64,000 nucleotides of DNA from Candidatus Cloacimonadales bacterium (GCA_963663475.2 CAXXJV010000002.1:96001-160000); one strand, 5' to 3'. Shown: positions 19,278 to 30,106, counted from the stretch's first letter. The notes: generated from the sequence alone by a model not told the origin. Translations and numbers: made by a program.

Positions 19278-22200
19278 ATGATAAGAGTATTAGATAAAGA
19301 AAAAACTATATCCTATTTTGATTGGTTAGAAGAAATAAAAAATGATGAAGAAAGTGAGCTTTCAAGTCGAATATTAAAACTTAGAAACTTAATGGAATCT
19401 TTTTATCAAGATATTTCTAAGGATTTTAAAGAGTCTTTCCCAAACTTGTACAGTCGCTTTACTTATGCTAACGAATATTATAATATTGATAATGATTTAC
19501 AAGCAAATCTTAATGGAATTAGGATATTTTTAAACAAGGTAATTCACAATGAAATCAAAGAGTATTCTCAGCATAAGCTAACAAGTATATTATTTTATCT
19601 CTATGAATTAATATGCCAGTTTACAGATAAGAGGTTAGTAAGTTTTGATAATCAGGTTAAAAATATAGAATTAGTTAGTTTCACTAAGCTAAAGAAGAGT
19701 AATCATAAGCAAATAGATCAGATAAGCTTGCGAGTTACAGAATTTGAACTTATTCAGCAAGATAATCATTCTTATAAAAGCCAAATTGAAGGTTATGAAG
19801 AAGATGGGGAAGAAGCTATCAAAGTATTGGTCTGGGATATCAAAGATTCAAATACTAATCATGATACTTACTTATATGGCAAGAAAATTGGTTCTATTGC
19901 TAAACTAGTCTGGAAAGGATGTCAGCTAACATTTTATAATATAAAACAAAATAGCAATGATGAGAAAGTATATTTTACACAAGCTACAAGTAAAATTATC
20001 CTTGAATCAGACTTTTTAATTGATGCTACTACTATAGCTAAGTGTTTTCAAAATAAAATAGCTTATCATAAGCTTGCTCTTGTCTCACTCTTTGATAAGG
20101 TAGGGATAAATATACCAATAGTTATAGGTAATTTTGTTAATCAGATGCTAGATAGGATGATAGCATCTAAGACAGGTGATTTTACTAGTTTGTTCAAAGA
20201 ATGTGTCCATACATCAATATTAACATCTTTGAGCTTAGGTGTTAAGAATCTATTAGCAATTATGGAAGAAATAAGAACAAATCACTTTAGTAATCTAGAA
20301 AATTTATGTGAGAAAATCAAAGATATCAAGGTAACTACTGAACCAACTTTTTACTCACCTGAATATGGCCTATTTGGACGTTTAGATGGGCTTTTGGAAG
20401 ATGAAACAGATGACCCTAACCGTCGTTCAATCTTTGAATTAAAAAGTGGAAGTCTACCTCAATATGGGGTGTGGATTAACCATGCTGTCCAAGTTTATGT
20501 TTATGATATGCTTCTTAGATCTCTTTATGGTGAAACAAGAACAGGTTCTTCTATGATTTTCTATAGCAAGGATAAAAAAGAAGAGCTACGTAATGTTCCT
20601 CCAGCTCCCTTTATGGAGCAACATATTCTTATGGTAAGAAACTGTATTGTTAGTGAATTTAAGGCAATTGCTGAGGGAAGAATTGATATTGTTGAGTATT
20701 TTAATGAGATAGATATTACTAAAATTCCTAAATTCTCCAAAGAATCTTTTCTAGCATTGAAGGATTCCTTTAAAGATTTATCCTTGCAAGAAAAAGCTTA
20801 CTTTAATCAGTATCTTTCTTTTCTCTTTAGAGAAATTTGGGCTAGCAAAACAGGAGATTATAGACTTGGGGCAGATCTTAATTCAAGTAAAACAGCTTTT
20901 AGTGGTCTGTGGAAATCAAGTCTGTTAGAAAAGCAAGCTAATCCTCGAGCAATAACTAATCTAAGATTTGTTGGTCAAGAGGATAATCAACTTGTTTTCG
21001 CCAGACCTCAAGAGAAAAAAACTCTCAGTTTACGTGAGGGGGATAGGGTTATTCTTTACCTCTTCCAAGATAAAGTTGCTTCTCAAGTTCTTAAGTGTTC
21101 TCTTTTACAAATTGAAGCTAACTACATATATCTCAAACCGAAGCATGCTGAGATTAATAAGAATATCTTTTCTAATGAAGAAAACTGGGTTATTGAAGCT
21201 GATAAGAATGATGCCAATCTTTTTGGTCTGATTTCTTCTCTATCTGATTTTATGACTTCATCTAGTTTAAATCGGCAATTACTCCTAGGGCAAATACAAC
21301 CACGTTCAAAATCTACTTTATCTTATCAAGATGCTGATGAATATTTAAATCCTATTGTTCAAAAGGCACTATCTGCCCAGGATTACTTCCTCTTACAAGG
21401 ACCTCCAGGTACAGGTAAAACGTCATCTTTTCTGATGAAATGTATAAGATATCTGGCGGAAAATACAAGTGAAAAACTACTCATATTAGCTTTTACTAAT
21501 AGGGCTATTGATGAAGTATGCTTGAAGTTAAATAAAGCTCAACTAGATTATCTGAGGCTGGGAAGTCAGAATGATGATGAAATTAAGAGTCTAACAGATC
21601 TTTGTAAGCCAGAAAGTAAGTTGCAAGAGATTGCTAGTCAATTAGATAATTATAGGATATTGTGTTCAACTGTAGCTTCTTATCACTCTAATAAAGAAGC
21701 TCTGCATAGTATAATTTCTTTCGATACACTTTTTGTTGATGAGGCTTCTCAGTTGATTGAACCAGAATTAATCGGTATAACCAAGAACTTTCAACGTTTT
21801 ATCTTGATTGGTGACCAAAATCAACTTCCAGCAATTAGTATTCAAGATGATGAAAATCAGAAATGTAATGATACTAACTTGAATAGCATGAGTATTCATA
21901 ACTATCGTCAGTCTCTTTTTGAAAGACTCTTTGCTAATGCTCAAGCGAAAGGGTGGACACAAGCCTATCATACCTTAACTTATCATTATAGAATGCATCA
22001 AGATATTGCTCATCTAATTAATATAAACTACGATAATAAACTAAGAACTAGAATTGACCGGCAAATAAATCAAGACTTTTTACTTAATTACCAAACAGCT
22101 AAAGCCAAGCCCCTAATTAATATCCTTAAATCTTCTAGATGTATATTTATTGATTTACCTGATAAAAGATCAAGCAAGATATCACTTAGAGAAGCACAAG

Positions 22201-22646
22201 CATGCCGTACTTTAATTGCTACAATAAAAGAAGCTTTAGGCAAGAAATTTAACTCTAATAGCCTTGGCCTTATCTGTAACTGGAGATCGCAAATAAATCT
22301 TATAAAAGAAATAACTAGGGAATTACTTGAAGAGAATGAGGTAACAATTGATACTGTTGAACGTTATCAAGGTTCTGAAAGAGATATAATAATTTATTCT
22401 CTTACAGTTAATTATCACCATCAATTAGACCTTCTTCAATCTCTTACTCAAAATAGAAAAGTTGACAGAAAACTCAATGTAGCACTTTCTCGTTCTAGAG
22501 AGCAAGTTATTGTTCTAGGAAATGCTTCACTGCTAGCTTCCTTACCTCAATATGCTGCTTTAATTGACCTAATCAAGCGTTCTTTTTTATTTATTAGTTT
22601 TAATGAAGCTGAAGAATGTTTACTTAAGAAAACGGAGATTTTATGA
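19278..22646 (+). CDS. Dna2/Nam7-like SF1 helicase with upstream PD-(D/E)xK nuclease domain
   Basis: GRLDG...FELKSG...QVYVY nuclease motifs; QGPPGTGKT, VDEASQ, GDQNQLP, YRM, TVERYQGSERD, NVALSR helicase motifs. Confidence 0.9.
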   Translation: MIRVLDKEKTISYFDWLEEIKNDEESELSSRILKLRNLMESFYQDISKDFKESFPNLYSRFTYANEYYNIDNDLQANLNGIRIFLNKVIHNEIKEYSQHKLTSILFYLYELICQFTDKRLVSFDNQVKNIELVSFTKLKKSNHKQIDQISLRVTEFELIQQDNHSYKSQIEGYEEDGEEAIKVLVWDIKDSNTNHDTYLYGKKIGSIAKLVWKGCQLTFYNIKQNSNDEKVYFTQATSKIILESDFLIDATTIAKCFQNKIAYHKLALVSLFDKVGINIPIVIGNFVNQMLDRMIASKTGDFTSLFKECVHTSILTSLSLGVKNLLAIMEEIRTNHFSNLENLCEKIKDIKVTTEPTFYSPEYGLFGRLDGLLEDETDDPNRRSIFELKSGSLPQYGVWINHAVQVYVYDMLLRSLYGETRTGSSMIFYSKDKKEELRNVPPAPFMEQHILMVRNCIVSEFKAIAEGRIDIVEYFNEIDITKIPKFSKESFLALKDSFKDLSLQEKAYFNQYLSFLFREIWASKTGDYRLGADLNSSKTAFSGLWKSSLLEKQANPRAITNLRFVGQEDNQLVFARPQEKKTLSLREGDRVILYLFQDKVASQVLKCSLLQIEANYIYLKPKHAEINKNIFSNEENWVIEADKNDANLFGLISSLSDFMTSSSLNRQLLLGQIQPRSKSTLSYQDADEYLNPIVQKALSAQDYFLLQGPPGTGKTSSFLMKCIRYLAENTSEKLLILAFTNRAIDEVCLKLNKAQLDYLRLGSQNDDEIKSLTDLCKPESKLQEIASQLDNYRILCSTVASYHSNKEALHSIISFDTLFVDEASQLIEPELIGITKNFQRFILIGDQNQLPAISIQDDENQKCNDTNLNSMSIHNYRQSLFERLFANAQAKGWTQAYHTLTYHYRMHQDIAHLININYDNKLRTRIDRQINQDFLLNYQTAKAKPLINILKSSRCIFIDLPDKRSSKISLREAQACRTLIATIKEALGKKFNSNSLGLICNWRSQINLIKEITRELLEENEVTIDTVERYQGSERDIIIYSLTVNYHHQLDLLQSLTQNRKVDRKLNVALSRSREQVIVLGNASLLASLPQYAALIDLIKRSFLFISFNEAEECLLKKTEIL

Positions 22647-23713
22647 AAATAAATAATGACTGTATCTTCTTCAAAGGAGATATGCCCTGCAAACCTCATA
22701 AAGAACATGGCTATCATTGCTGTGATTGTCCTGAATACCAGCCTTTTGACCACCAAATACTTATTATAAAACTTGGGGCTAGTGGAGATGTTTTGCGAAC
22801 TAGTCCTATCTTACACCCAATCAGAAAGTCCTTCCCTAATGCTCACATTACTTGGATAACTAAAACTAGTGAATTTGTTCCAAAATCTCACGTAAATACT
22901 ATCCTTCAATGGAGTACTGACAATATTTTATGGTTGAAAGAAAGAAACTTTGATATTGTTTATAGTTTAGATAAAGATAAAGAAGCTATAGCCTTAGCCT
23001 CTTCTTTGAAGACTAGTCACTTAAAAGGTTATACAATGGATGAATGGGGAAATTGTCAAGCAGCAGATCAAGATGCCTGTCATAAATGGCAAACTGGTCT
23101 TTGGGATGATCTTTGTAAAGAGAATACAAAATCTTATCCTCAAGAAATTATTGAACTATGTGGATTTGATTATCATAAGGAAAAATATATTATTAATAAA
23201 CCTAGTCCTGTTTATCGTTATGGTATAGATCCTACTATGAAGATAGTTGGACTTAACCCTGGTTGTGGTAATCGTTGGTTAACCAGACTATGGGGTGAAG
23301 AAAACTGGATACAACTCTGCAAAAAATTAAATGCAAATGGTTATACACCAATAGTTTTTGGTGGAAACTATGAAAATGAGATGAATATGCGTATTTCTTC
23401 TCGCGGAAAAGCACTTTATTTTGGCGTAAAACCCTTACAAGAATTTATCTCTATTGTTAACTCTTGTGAATTAGTAGTAACTTCAGTAACTATGGCTATG
23501 CATGTAGCTATTGCTCTGGAAAAGAAGCTAGTTCTTTTAAATAATATTTTTAACAAACATGAATTTGAACTCTATGGCTTAGGTTCAATATTAGAACCAG
23601 ATAAGCCTTGTAAGTGTTGTTATAAGAATACTTGTGAAGAAGCTTGTATGGAAACAATACCAGTAGAATCTGTTTATGCTGAAATTGTTAAACTAATTGG
23701 AAAAGCTGAATGA
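22643..23713 (+). CDS. Glycosyltransferase family 9 with Cys-rich termini
   Basis: LGASGDVLR, VGLNPG, MHVAIAL motifs; ATGA overlap with the helicase. Confidence 0.85.
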   Translation: MKINNDCIFFKGDMPCKPHKEHGYHCCDCPEYQPFDHQILIIKLGASGDVLRTSPILHPIRKSFPNAHITWITKTSEFVPKSHVNTILQWSTDNILWLKERNFDIVYSLDKDKEAIALASSLKTSHLKGYTMDEWGNCQAADQDACHKWQTGLWDDLCKENTKSYPQEIIELCGFDYHKEKYIINKPSPVYRYGIDPTMKIVGLNPGCGNRWLTRLWGEENWIQLCKKLNANGYTPIVFGGNYENEMNMRISSRGKALYFGVKPLQEFISIVNSCELVVTSVTMAMHVAIALEKKLVLLNNIFNKHEFELYGLGSILEPDKPCKCCYKNTCEEACMETIPVESVYAEIVKLIGKAE

Positions 23714-24816
23714 GAATTGCCTTTATAGGTCCTGCTTATCCTCTGAGAGGGGGAATAGCTCAATTTATAGCTATCTTAGCCAAGAAATTGCAAGCTAGGG
23801 GACATGAGATTAAGATTTTCTCATTTAAGAAGCAATATCCTCAGCTAATTTTTCCAGGTAAAGAGCAAATAGAAAATAGTAAATTAATCATAGATCTTCC
23901 TATAGAATCATATTTAATTCCTTATAATCCTTTAACTTATGGAAAAACAATCAGGGAGATTATTAAGTTTAAACCTGATGTGATTATACTCAAATATTGG
24001 ATACCCTTCTTTGCTCCGGCTTTTGGATATATTAGCAGAAAGATTAAGAAGAAAATAACTTGTAAAATTCTTTATATTATTGATAATATAGATTTTCATG
24101 AAAAGTGGATTGCTGGGGATAGTCTAACTAAGTATGCCCTTAAAAAAGCAGATTTTTTTATTACTATGTCTCAAAGTGTGAAAAAAAGTCTTCATAATCT
24201 TTTTCCTAAGTTAGCAGATAAGAGAGTTAGTATGCTAGAACACCCAACTTATGATTTTTATGCTTCCAAAGATAAAGAAAATTATGACTTTCAATATCAT
24301 CTTCTATTTTTTGGCTATATCAAAGGCTATAAAGGTCTAGATGTTCTACTTGAAGCCTTACCTCTTGTAATTAAGCAAATACCTCAAATCAAGCTTACAA
24401 TAGCAGGGGAAGTCTATGGCGATGAGAGAATTTATCTTGATCTTATAAACAAATACAAGCTTAAAGAGTATATAAACTTTCAGAATAGGTATATAGCTAA
24501 TGAAGAGGTAAAAGATTTCTTTCTTAGTGCTGATGTTGTAGTTTTGCCCTATAAACAGGCTACTCAGAGTGGGATAATTCAGCTTGCATATGCTTTTGGA
24601 CTACCTGTTATAGCGTCAGCAGTAGGTGGAATACCTGAAGTAATCACGCAAGATAAAACTGGAAGCCTTGTTGCTGCAAATGATCCTCAAGCTCTGGCAC
24701 AAGCAATAATTGATTTCTATAATAAATTTGATTTAAAAGAAGCTTATCAAGCAATTATGCAAGAAAATAGTAAATATTCTTGGCAACCCTTTATCGAACA
24801 AATAGAAAGCTTATGA
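23710..24816 (+). CDS. Glycosyltransferase family 4
   Basis: RGGIAQF, FFGYIKGYKGLD, ATQSG, PVIASAVGGIPE. Confidence 0.9.
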   Translation: MRIAFIGPAYPLRGGIAQFIAILAKKLQARGHEIKIFSFKKQYPQLIFPGKEQIENSKLIIDLPIESYLIPYNPLTYGKTIREIIKFKPDVIILKYWIPFFAPAFGYISRKIKKKITCKILYIIDNIDFHEKWIAGDSLTKYALKKADFFITMSQSVKKSLHNLFPKLADKRVSMLEHPTYDFYASKDKENYDFQYHLLFFGYIKGYKGLDVLLEALPLVIKQIPQIKLTIAGEVYGDERIYLDLINKYKLKEYINFQNRYIANEEVKDFFLSADVVVLPYKQATQSGIIQLAYAFGLPVIASAVGGIPEVITQDKTGSLVAANDPQALAQAIIDFYNKFDLKEAYQAIMQENSKYSWQPFIEQIESL

Positions 24817-26069
24817 AGAAACTACTTCTAATTAGTTATTATTTTCCTCCCTGTGGAGGAGCTGGAGTGCAAAGATGGTTGAGAATTTTAAAGTACTTAC
24901 CAGCAGAAGGTTGGGAAATAAGTGTCTTAACAACTAAAGATGGTGATTACCCTATAATAGATAAGAGTCTAACAGAGAAAATTCCGTCAGAAGTGAAAGT
25001 TATAAGAGTAAAGACACCTATTTTTGGTAATTTATATAAAAAAGTAACTAAAGATAAAGAGGGAATTCCATATGGTAGCCTAATTTCTCATAAAGATGAT
25101 AGTTTTTTGAAAAGACTTCTTTATTGGATAAGAATAAACTTAATAATTCCAGATGCTAGGATTGTTTGGAACAAGTATGCTGTTAAAGAAGCTGAAAAAT
25201 TAATCAAAAAACAAAATTATAATCTAGTGGTAACTACTTCTCCACCCCACTCAAGTCAGTTAATTGGTTTAAAATTAAAAAGAAAATGCAATATTAAATG
25301 GGTAACAGACTTTCGTGATCCTTGGGCTGATATTTTTTATCTAAAACTAGCAAAACAGAATAAAATATCTTATCTAATAAACCGTTACTTAGAAAGGAAA
25401 GTTATAGCTAAGGCTGATTTAAATCTGATAGTCTCTCATCATATTAATCAAGAATTGCCTGCTGGTAATAAAGTAACTTTCACTAACTCTTATGATCCTC
25501 AAGATTTCCCACTTTCTCTAAAGGTTAAATCTGATAAATTCAGAATAAAATATATTGGCAAGGTTACCCAAGGTCAAGATATTAATAGCGTCATCTCTGC
25601 TCTCAATAGATCACCTGAAATTTATGACCAAATTGAATTAACTTTCGTTGGAACTTATCTAGAAAATCCTTTCAATACTAAATTTCCTCTTATTATTAAA
25701 AACTTCTTGCCTCATGACCAAGCAGTTAAGGAAATGATTAATTCTGACCTTTTGATTCTCTTGATTAATGATTATCCTCAAAACAAAGGAATGCTAACTA
25801 CTAAACTTTTCGAATACTTAGGAAGTCAAGTGCCAATAATCTGTATTGGTCCTAGAGATGGTGATGCTAAGGAGATTATCCAAGAGTGTAAGGCTGGAAC
25901 TTGTGTAAATTATCATGATATTCAAGCAGTAAAGCAGACTATCTTAAGCTATTTATCTAAATGGAAGGCTAAGCAAGAACTAGCAATTACTGATAACAAG
26001 AAATATTCCATTATTGAGCAAATTAAAAAACTTGATCAAATCTTAACAAATATCAGCACATTAGATTGA
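24813..26069 (+). CDS. Glycosyltransferase family 4-like
   Basis: YYFPPCGGAGVQR, DFRDPW, KLFEYL; start placed at ATG 24813 (ATGA overlap). Confidence 0.88.
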   Translation: MKKLLLISYYFPPCGGAGVQRWLRILKYLPAEGWEISVLTTKDGDYPIIDKSLTEKIPSEVKVIRVKTPIFGNLYKKVTKDKEGIPYGSLISHKDDSFLKRLLYWIRINLIIPDARIVWNKYAVKEAEKLIKKQNYNLVVTTSPPHSSQLIGLKLKRKCNIKWVTDFRDPWADIFYLKLAKQNKISYLINRYLERKVIAKADLNLIVSHHINQELPAGNKVTFTNSYDPQDFPLSLKVKSDKFRIKYIGKVTQGQDINSVISALNRSPEIYDQIELTFVGTYLENPFNTKFPLIIKNFLPHDQAVKEMINSDLLILLINDYPQNKGMLTTKLFEYLGSQVPIICIGPRDGDAKEIIQECKAGTCVNYHDIQAVKQTILSYLSKWKAKQELAITDNKKYSIIEQIKKLDQILTNISTLD

Positions 26070-26210
26070 ACATTAAACGTTTCTAACTACTTGTTTTTCA
26101 TATAAATAAAAAAATAGTAAAAAAACTATTGACAGGAATATGCTAATTCATTTTTTTCACTTATAGAAAATTATTATCAAAAAATAAAAGATAGATTAAT
26201 TGGAGGAACA

Positions 26211-26480
26211 ATGCCAAATAGTAAGTCTCCCGAAAAGAGATTAAGACAGGAAGCCAAAAGAGCTGCGAGAAATCATTATGTGAAAAAAACTTTATCTACT
26301 CTTGACAAGAAGATGCATTCAAACATCTCTTTAGAAGAGAAAAAAGAACTTATTAATACTATTTATTCTAAGTTAGATAAAGCTGCTAAGAGTAATGTTA
26401 TTCATAAGAGAACAGCATCTAGAAGAAAAGCTAGAATTGCTGCTTATCTTGCAAAAGAATATAAAATAAACGCAGAATAA
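26211..26480 (+). CDS. rpsT: 30S ribosomal protein S20
   Basis: MPNSKSPEKRLRQ...LDKAAKSNVIHKRTASRRKAR; GGAGG RBS. Confidence 0.95.
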   Translation: MPNSKSPEKRLRQEAKRAARNHYVKKTLSTLDKKMHSNISLEEKKELINTIYSKLDKAAKSNVIHKRTASRRKARIAAYLAKEYKINAE

Positions 26481-26503
26481 GTTTATTACAAAATTAAGAT
26501 ATT

Positions 26504-26530
26504 GAGGTTGGTAACAACCTCTTTTTTTTT
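26504..26530 (+). terminator. Intrinsic terminator after rpsT
   Basis: GAGGTTG-gtaa-CAACCTC + T9. Confidence 0.85.
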
Positions 26531-26713
26531 GGGGAAAAATAATTAAGTTTATATAAGACAGTTAACTTATTATTAAACCCTAATTATGCCTATCATAAAG
26601 TTATAGTAGTTTCTTGACTTTTATTAGCTTAATTTTGTCTTTTTTTATTGACAAAATTTTTTAAGATTCTTTAATATACTCTAGTGTTTAATTCACAGGA
26701 TAAGGAGATAATT

Positions 26714-28396
26714 ATGTTTCTTAAAAGAGTTGAAATAGATAGATTTAGAAATTTCCAAAATGCAGAAATAGAATTTACAAAGAATGATTTTTCAAAAGTC
26801 TATTCTATTGCTAGTATAAATGGAGGTGGTAAGAGTACTCTCCTACAATTCATCTTCATAATGTTATCATGTTTTCGTGATAAGAAACTCCATAAGTATA
26901 TCATTAATCTTTTAGAAACAGAAAAATATCCTAGAGATTATCAGAACAGAATTGCTAGATTTGAACTTTCAGCTGATGAGGATATAGAGCTAGAATACAT
27001 GGTTTTACCAGCTGAAAATGAACTTTTCAACTGTAACCTCCTTAGAGATATTGAGATATTAGAGAATGATATGAAACTTCATAAAGAGGCTTTAGAGCAT
27101 TCTGCTAGCTTTATAAAGTTCTACCGTGAGTTAAAAAAGGCTGACAAGGTTACTTCTAAATTACGGGATTTAGCTCTAGTTTTTAATCCTAAAGTCCTTT
27201 TTCCTAAAAGCAAAGACTATGATATTTACCATAAGATTGAGCATTCCGACAGACTGAAAGATTTTGCAGATTTTGCAGACTATATTCAAAGACGTGATAA
27301 TTATATAGTTGAAGACAAGTTAGATGATATGAGAGAACATAAGGCACTTCTGAATGAGAAAATGCAGATGCAGAAAGATCAACTCAAGGCTCAAGGATTT
27401 AATTATATTACAACCTTCTCAGATAATAAACTCCTTCTTTTGCTAAAATCTAATGTGGATAATAGAATTCTCGATAAACTAAGTCGAGTAACATACTTGA
27501 ATGGTCCTGATACCCAAATCTATCTCTTTATGTCAAAAGAAGACAAACAAACACTTCTTAATAATACAACTACTACTCATTATTTTGATTATGATAAGTT
27601 TGGAAATGAAATTTATGTTGCTAATAATTATAATGATAGGATTAGAAAGGTAAAAAAAGACTTAAAGAATTATTATACATATGATTTTGTCTCTAAAAAA
27701 ATGATAATTAAGGCTTGCAAAAAGGCTTTTGAACAAGATAATAAAGAAAAATTAAGAACAAATAAGTTTGGTTCAAATTACGATGCCTTCATCAAAGATT
27801 TAAATACCTTCTTTGATGATAAAAGAATTGTTATTACTGATGAAATGAGTGATGTTAAATTTTATCTAGCATCTGAGAATAAAGAACTTAATCCAGAAGA
27901 CTTAAGTCATGGTGAACTAAAAAGATTAAGTATTTTCATCTGGCTAAAATATTTAATAGACAATGAATCAATTGTTCTCATGGATGAAATAGATATTGCT
28001 TTGCATCCAAAATGGCTTTATCAAATATGTAATGACTTAGATAATTGGGCCTTACATAACCAGATAGTTTTAGCAACTCATTCTCCTCAGATAGTTTCTT
28101 CAACCTACTATAAGAATATTATTAAGCTAGAAAATGAAAACTCGATTGTTAAGGTTAAAAAGTATATTAAACCACCACTTGATCGGGATATTAATGCCAT
28201 AGTAAGAACCATTATGGATGCACCTGATTTCCCTCTGGAATTACTAGAACTTCACAAGAAATACAGGAAATTAATAGAAGAGGGGAAAGCTAACAGCCCA
28301 GAAGCAATCAAGCTTAAGGAAGAAATACTTGAACATGAAAGCGAGAATTCTGCCTTCTTCCAAGATATAGGCTTTGATTTGGAACTTATGGAATGA
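26714..28396 (+). CDS. ABC/AAA_21-type ATPase (PtuA-like)
   Basis: NGGGKST Walker A, LSHGE signature, LMDEID Walker B, ATHSP; start ATG 26714 after AGGAG. Confidence 0.85.
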   Translation: MFLKRVEIDRFRNFQNAEIEFTKNDFSKVYSIASINGGGKSTLLQFIFIMLSCFRDKKLHKYIINLLETEKYPRDYQNRIARFELSADEDIELEYMVLPAENELFNCNLLRDIEILENDMKLHKEALEHSASFIKFYRELKKADKVTSKLRDLALVFNPKVLFPKSKDYDIYHKIEHSDRLKDFADFADYIQRRDNYIVEDKLDDMREHKALLNEKMQMQKDQLKAQGFNYITTFSDNKLLLLLKSNVDNRILDKLSRVTYLNGPDTQIYLFMSKEDKQTLLNNTTTTHYFDYDKFGNEIYVANNYNDRIRKVKKDLKNYYTYDFVSKKMIIKACKKAFEQDNKEKLRTNKFGSNYDAFIKDLNTFFDDKRIVITDEMSDVKFYLASENKELNPEDLSHGELKRLSIFIWLKYLIDNESIVLMDEIDIALHPKWLYQICNDLDNWALHNQIVLATHSPQIVSSTYYKNIIKLENENSIVKVKKYIKPPLDRDINAIVRTIMDAPDFPLELLELHKKYRKLIEEGKANSPEAIKLKEEILEHESENSAFFQDIGFDLELME

Positions 28397-29034
28397 AGTA
28401 TGTAAAGAAAACTAAAGCTCCTAGATTCTTTAAAGTTGATACTCAGCATTTAAAAGACTGGGGTAAATATAAATCCAAGAAAAAAAGAGAGCTTAAATTA
28501 CATATACTGCGTAATGAACAGTTTTTCCTTTGTATCTACTGTGAAGGTAAGGTTACCATGAAAAACTCTCATATAGAACATCTTAGACCAAAAGATGTTA
28601 ATAAATACCCTGGTAAGCTTTTTGATTATAAGAATTTAACCGTCTCTTGTAATGGCGATTGCCAAGAATACTGTCTTGACGACCAACCTCATACTTGTGG
28701 TCATGCTAAGGCAAATCAATATGATGAAAAATTATTTCTAAATCCCACTGAACTTGAAGATATAGAAGATTATTTTGTTTATGATAATGAAGATGGTAGA
28801 ATTTTACCTTCAGAGAAAGATCCTCAAAGAGCAATGTATATGATTTATACTGTTCTTAAATTAAACGATCCTCAGTTATGTATGGCTAGAAAAATAGCCT
28901 TAAGGACTCTGCAACAGAAAGTAGCTTCTTATCCTAAAGAAAAAAGAAAAATTGTTCTAGCAGGACTGCTGCGTAAGGAGAGTTTAGCTTTTATTAGCTT
29001 TTTACGTTATCGCTATAAAGCACTTCTTAAGTAA
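28393..29034 (+). CDS. HNH endonuclease (PtuB/TIGR02646-like)
   Basis: CIYCE, HIEHLRPK, NLTVSC, TCGHAK; ATGA overlap with the ATPase. Confidence 0.85.
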   Translation: MKYVKKTKAPRFFKVDTQHLKDWGKYKSKKKRELKLHILRNEQFFLCIYCEGKVTMKNSHIEHLRPKDVNKYPGKLFDYKNLTVSCNGDCQEYCLDDQPHTCGHAKANQYDEKLFLNPTELEDIEDYFVYDNEDGRILPSEKDPQRAMYMIYTVLKLNDPQLCMARKIALRTLQQKVASYPKEKRKIVLAGLLRKESLAFISFLRYRYKALLK

Positions 29035-29281
29035 TCTTACTTCTTGTAGATGATTATTAGACTATGTAATGATTGTTGAGTATATATTAGGTAATTAATA
29101 GGTATTGATTAAAGAGTAAAGTAATAGAGGCCTAATAAAGGACCAATAGACCGTTAAGGAAATATGAAAACTAAAAGTTTTGCTAGAGAAACTAATGATT
29201 CAGCAAATTCAGCTAAAGATAAACTTAATAACTTGCTAATTGACAAATTGAAATCAGAGAATTTAAATAATAGGATTAATC

Positions 29282-29775
29282 ATGAATTTTCAAGACTTAT
29301 TGCATACCCAAGATAAGAAGTTTTACAAAATTTCAGAAATAGAAAAAATAGCTAAGCAAGAAGCCCAAGACCATATCTGTGAGCGAAGTAAGATAAGTAA
29401 ACTAACTCATAAATTAGGAAGTCAGCAAACAGCTATTGATGTCTTTCGGGATTTACAGGATGATCTAGATTTATCTTTGAAGGAAAAAGACTTTCTGAAC
29501 TACCCCTATATCAAGATTTAATCTCTCTCTATCTTAGTTTGAAAGATAATATCAAGGACTTCCACAAGGATTTTAAGATTAGTAAGTTACAAGAAGCTAA
29601 AACTTCTCTAAAGTATCTCCAAGAACATGAAATAGCCCAGCCAGTTGTAAAAAAACTAAAAAAATCACTTCAAGAACTTTATATTTTTGTTATTAGAAAA
29701 GCAGTTGAGGATATTAGAAAAGCCCAATCTGTCCTTCTTCCCGGTATTCTGGAAATTGAGGAAAAGTTTAATTAA
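29282..29775 (+). pseudogene. Probable frameshifted hypothetical gene (track ORFs 29282-29521 and 29539-29775)
   Basis: The second frame is open from 29464 and overlaps the first; one extra base (e.g. in the C4 run at 29503-29506) would join them into about 164 aa. Confidence 0.45.
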
Positions 29776-30106
29776 TAAGTATGGATCTCTTTTAAGTAGA
29801 GTTGCTACTACTATAATATTAAAAAAATACTAGAATTTTTTCTTGAAACTAATGGCGGACGAGGCCGTCCAGACTGTGTAAAAAGAAATAGTCTATCCAC
29901 GGATTACACGAATTTCACGAATTACTTTTTGCTAAAAAGCAAAAAAAAGAGAAGATAGGAGATCCTTAATACAGAGTTCACAGAACTTGCCACAGAGTTA
30001 CACAAAGTTTAGGGAAAAAATAGCTTGCTAAAAGTCTGCCCGTATTTGGGTCGCGGGATTCCAGCCCGCGTTTACGCAGATGACAAGCGGTTACGGGGCC
30101 TATGGA
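29764..30106. repeat. 343-bp direct repeat, copy 1 (non-coding, hairpin-rich)
   Basis: Matches 32705-33047 with about 7 substitutions counted by eye. Confidence 0.93.
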
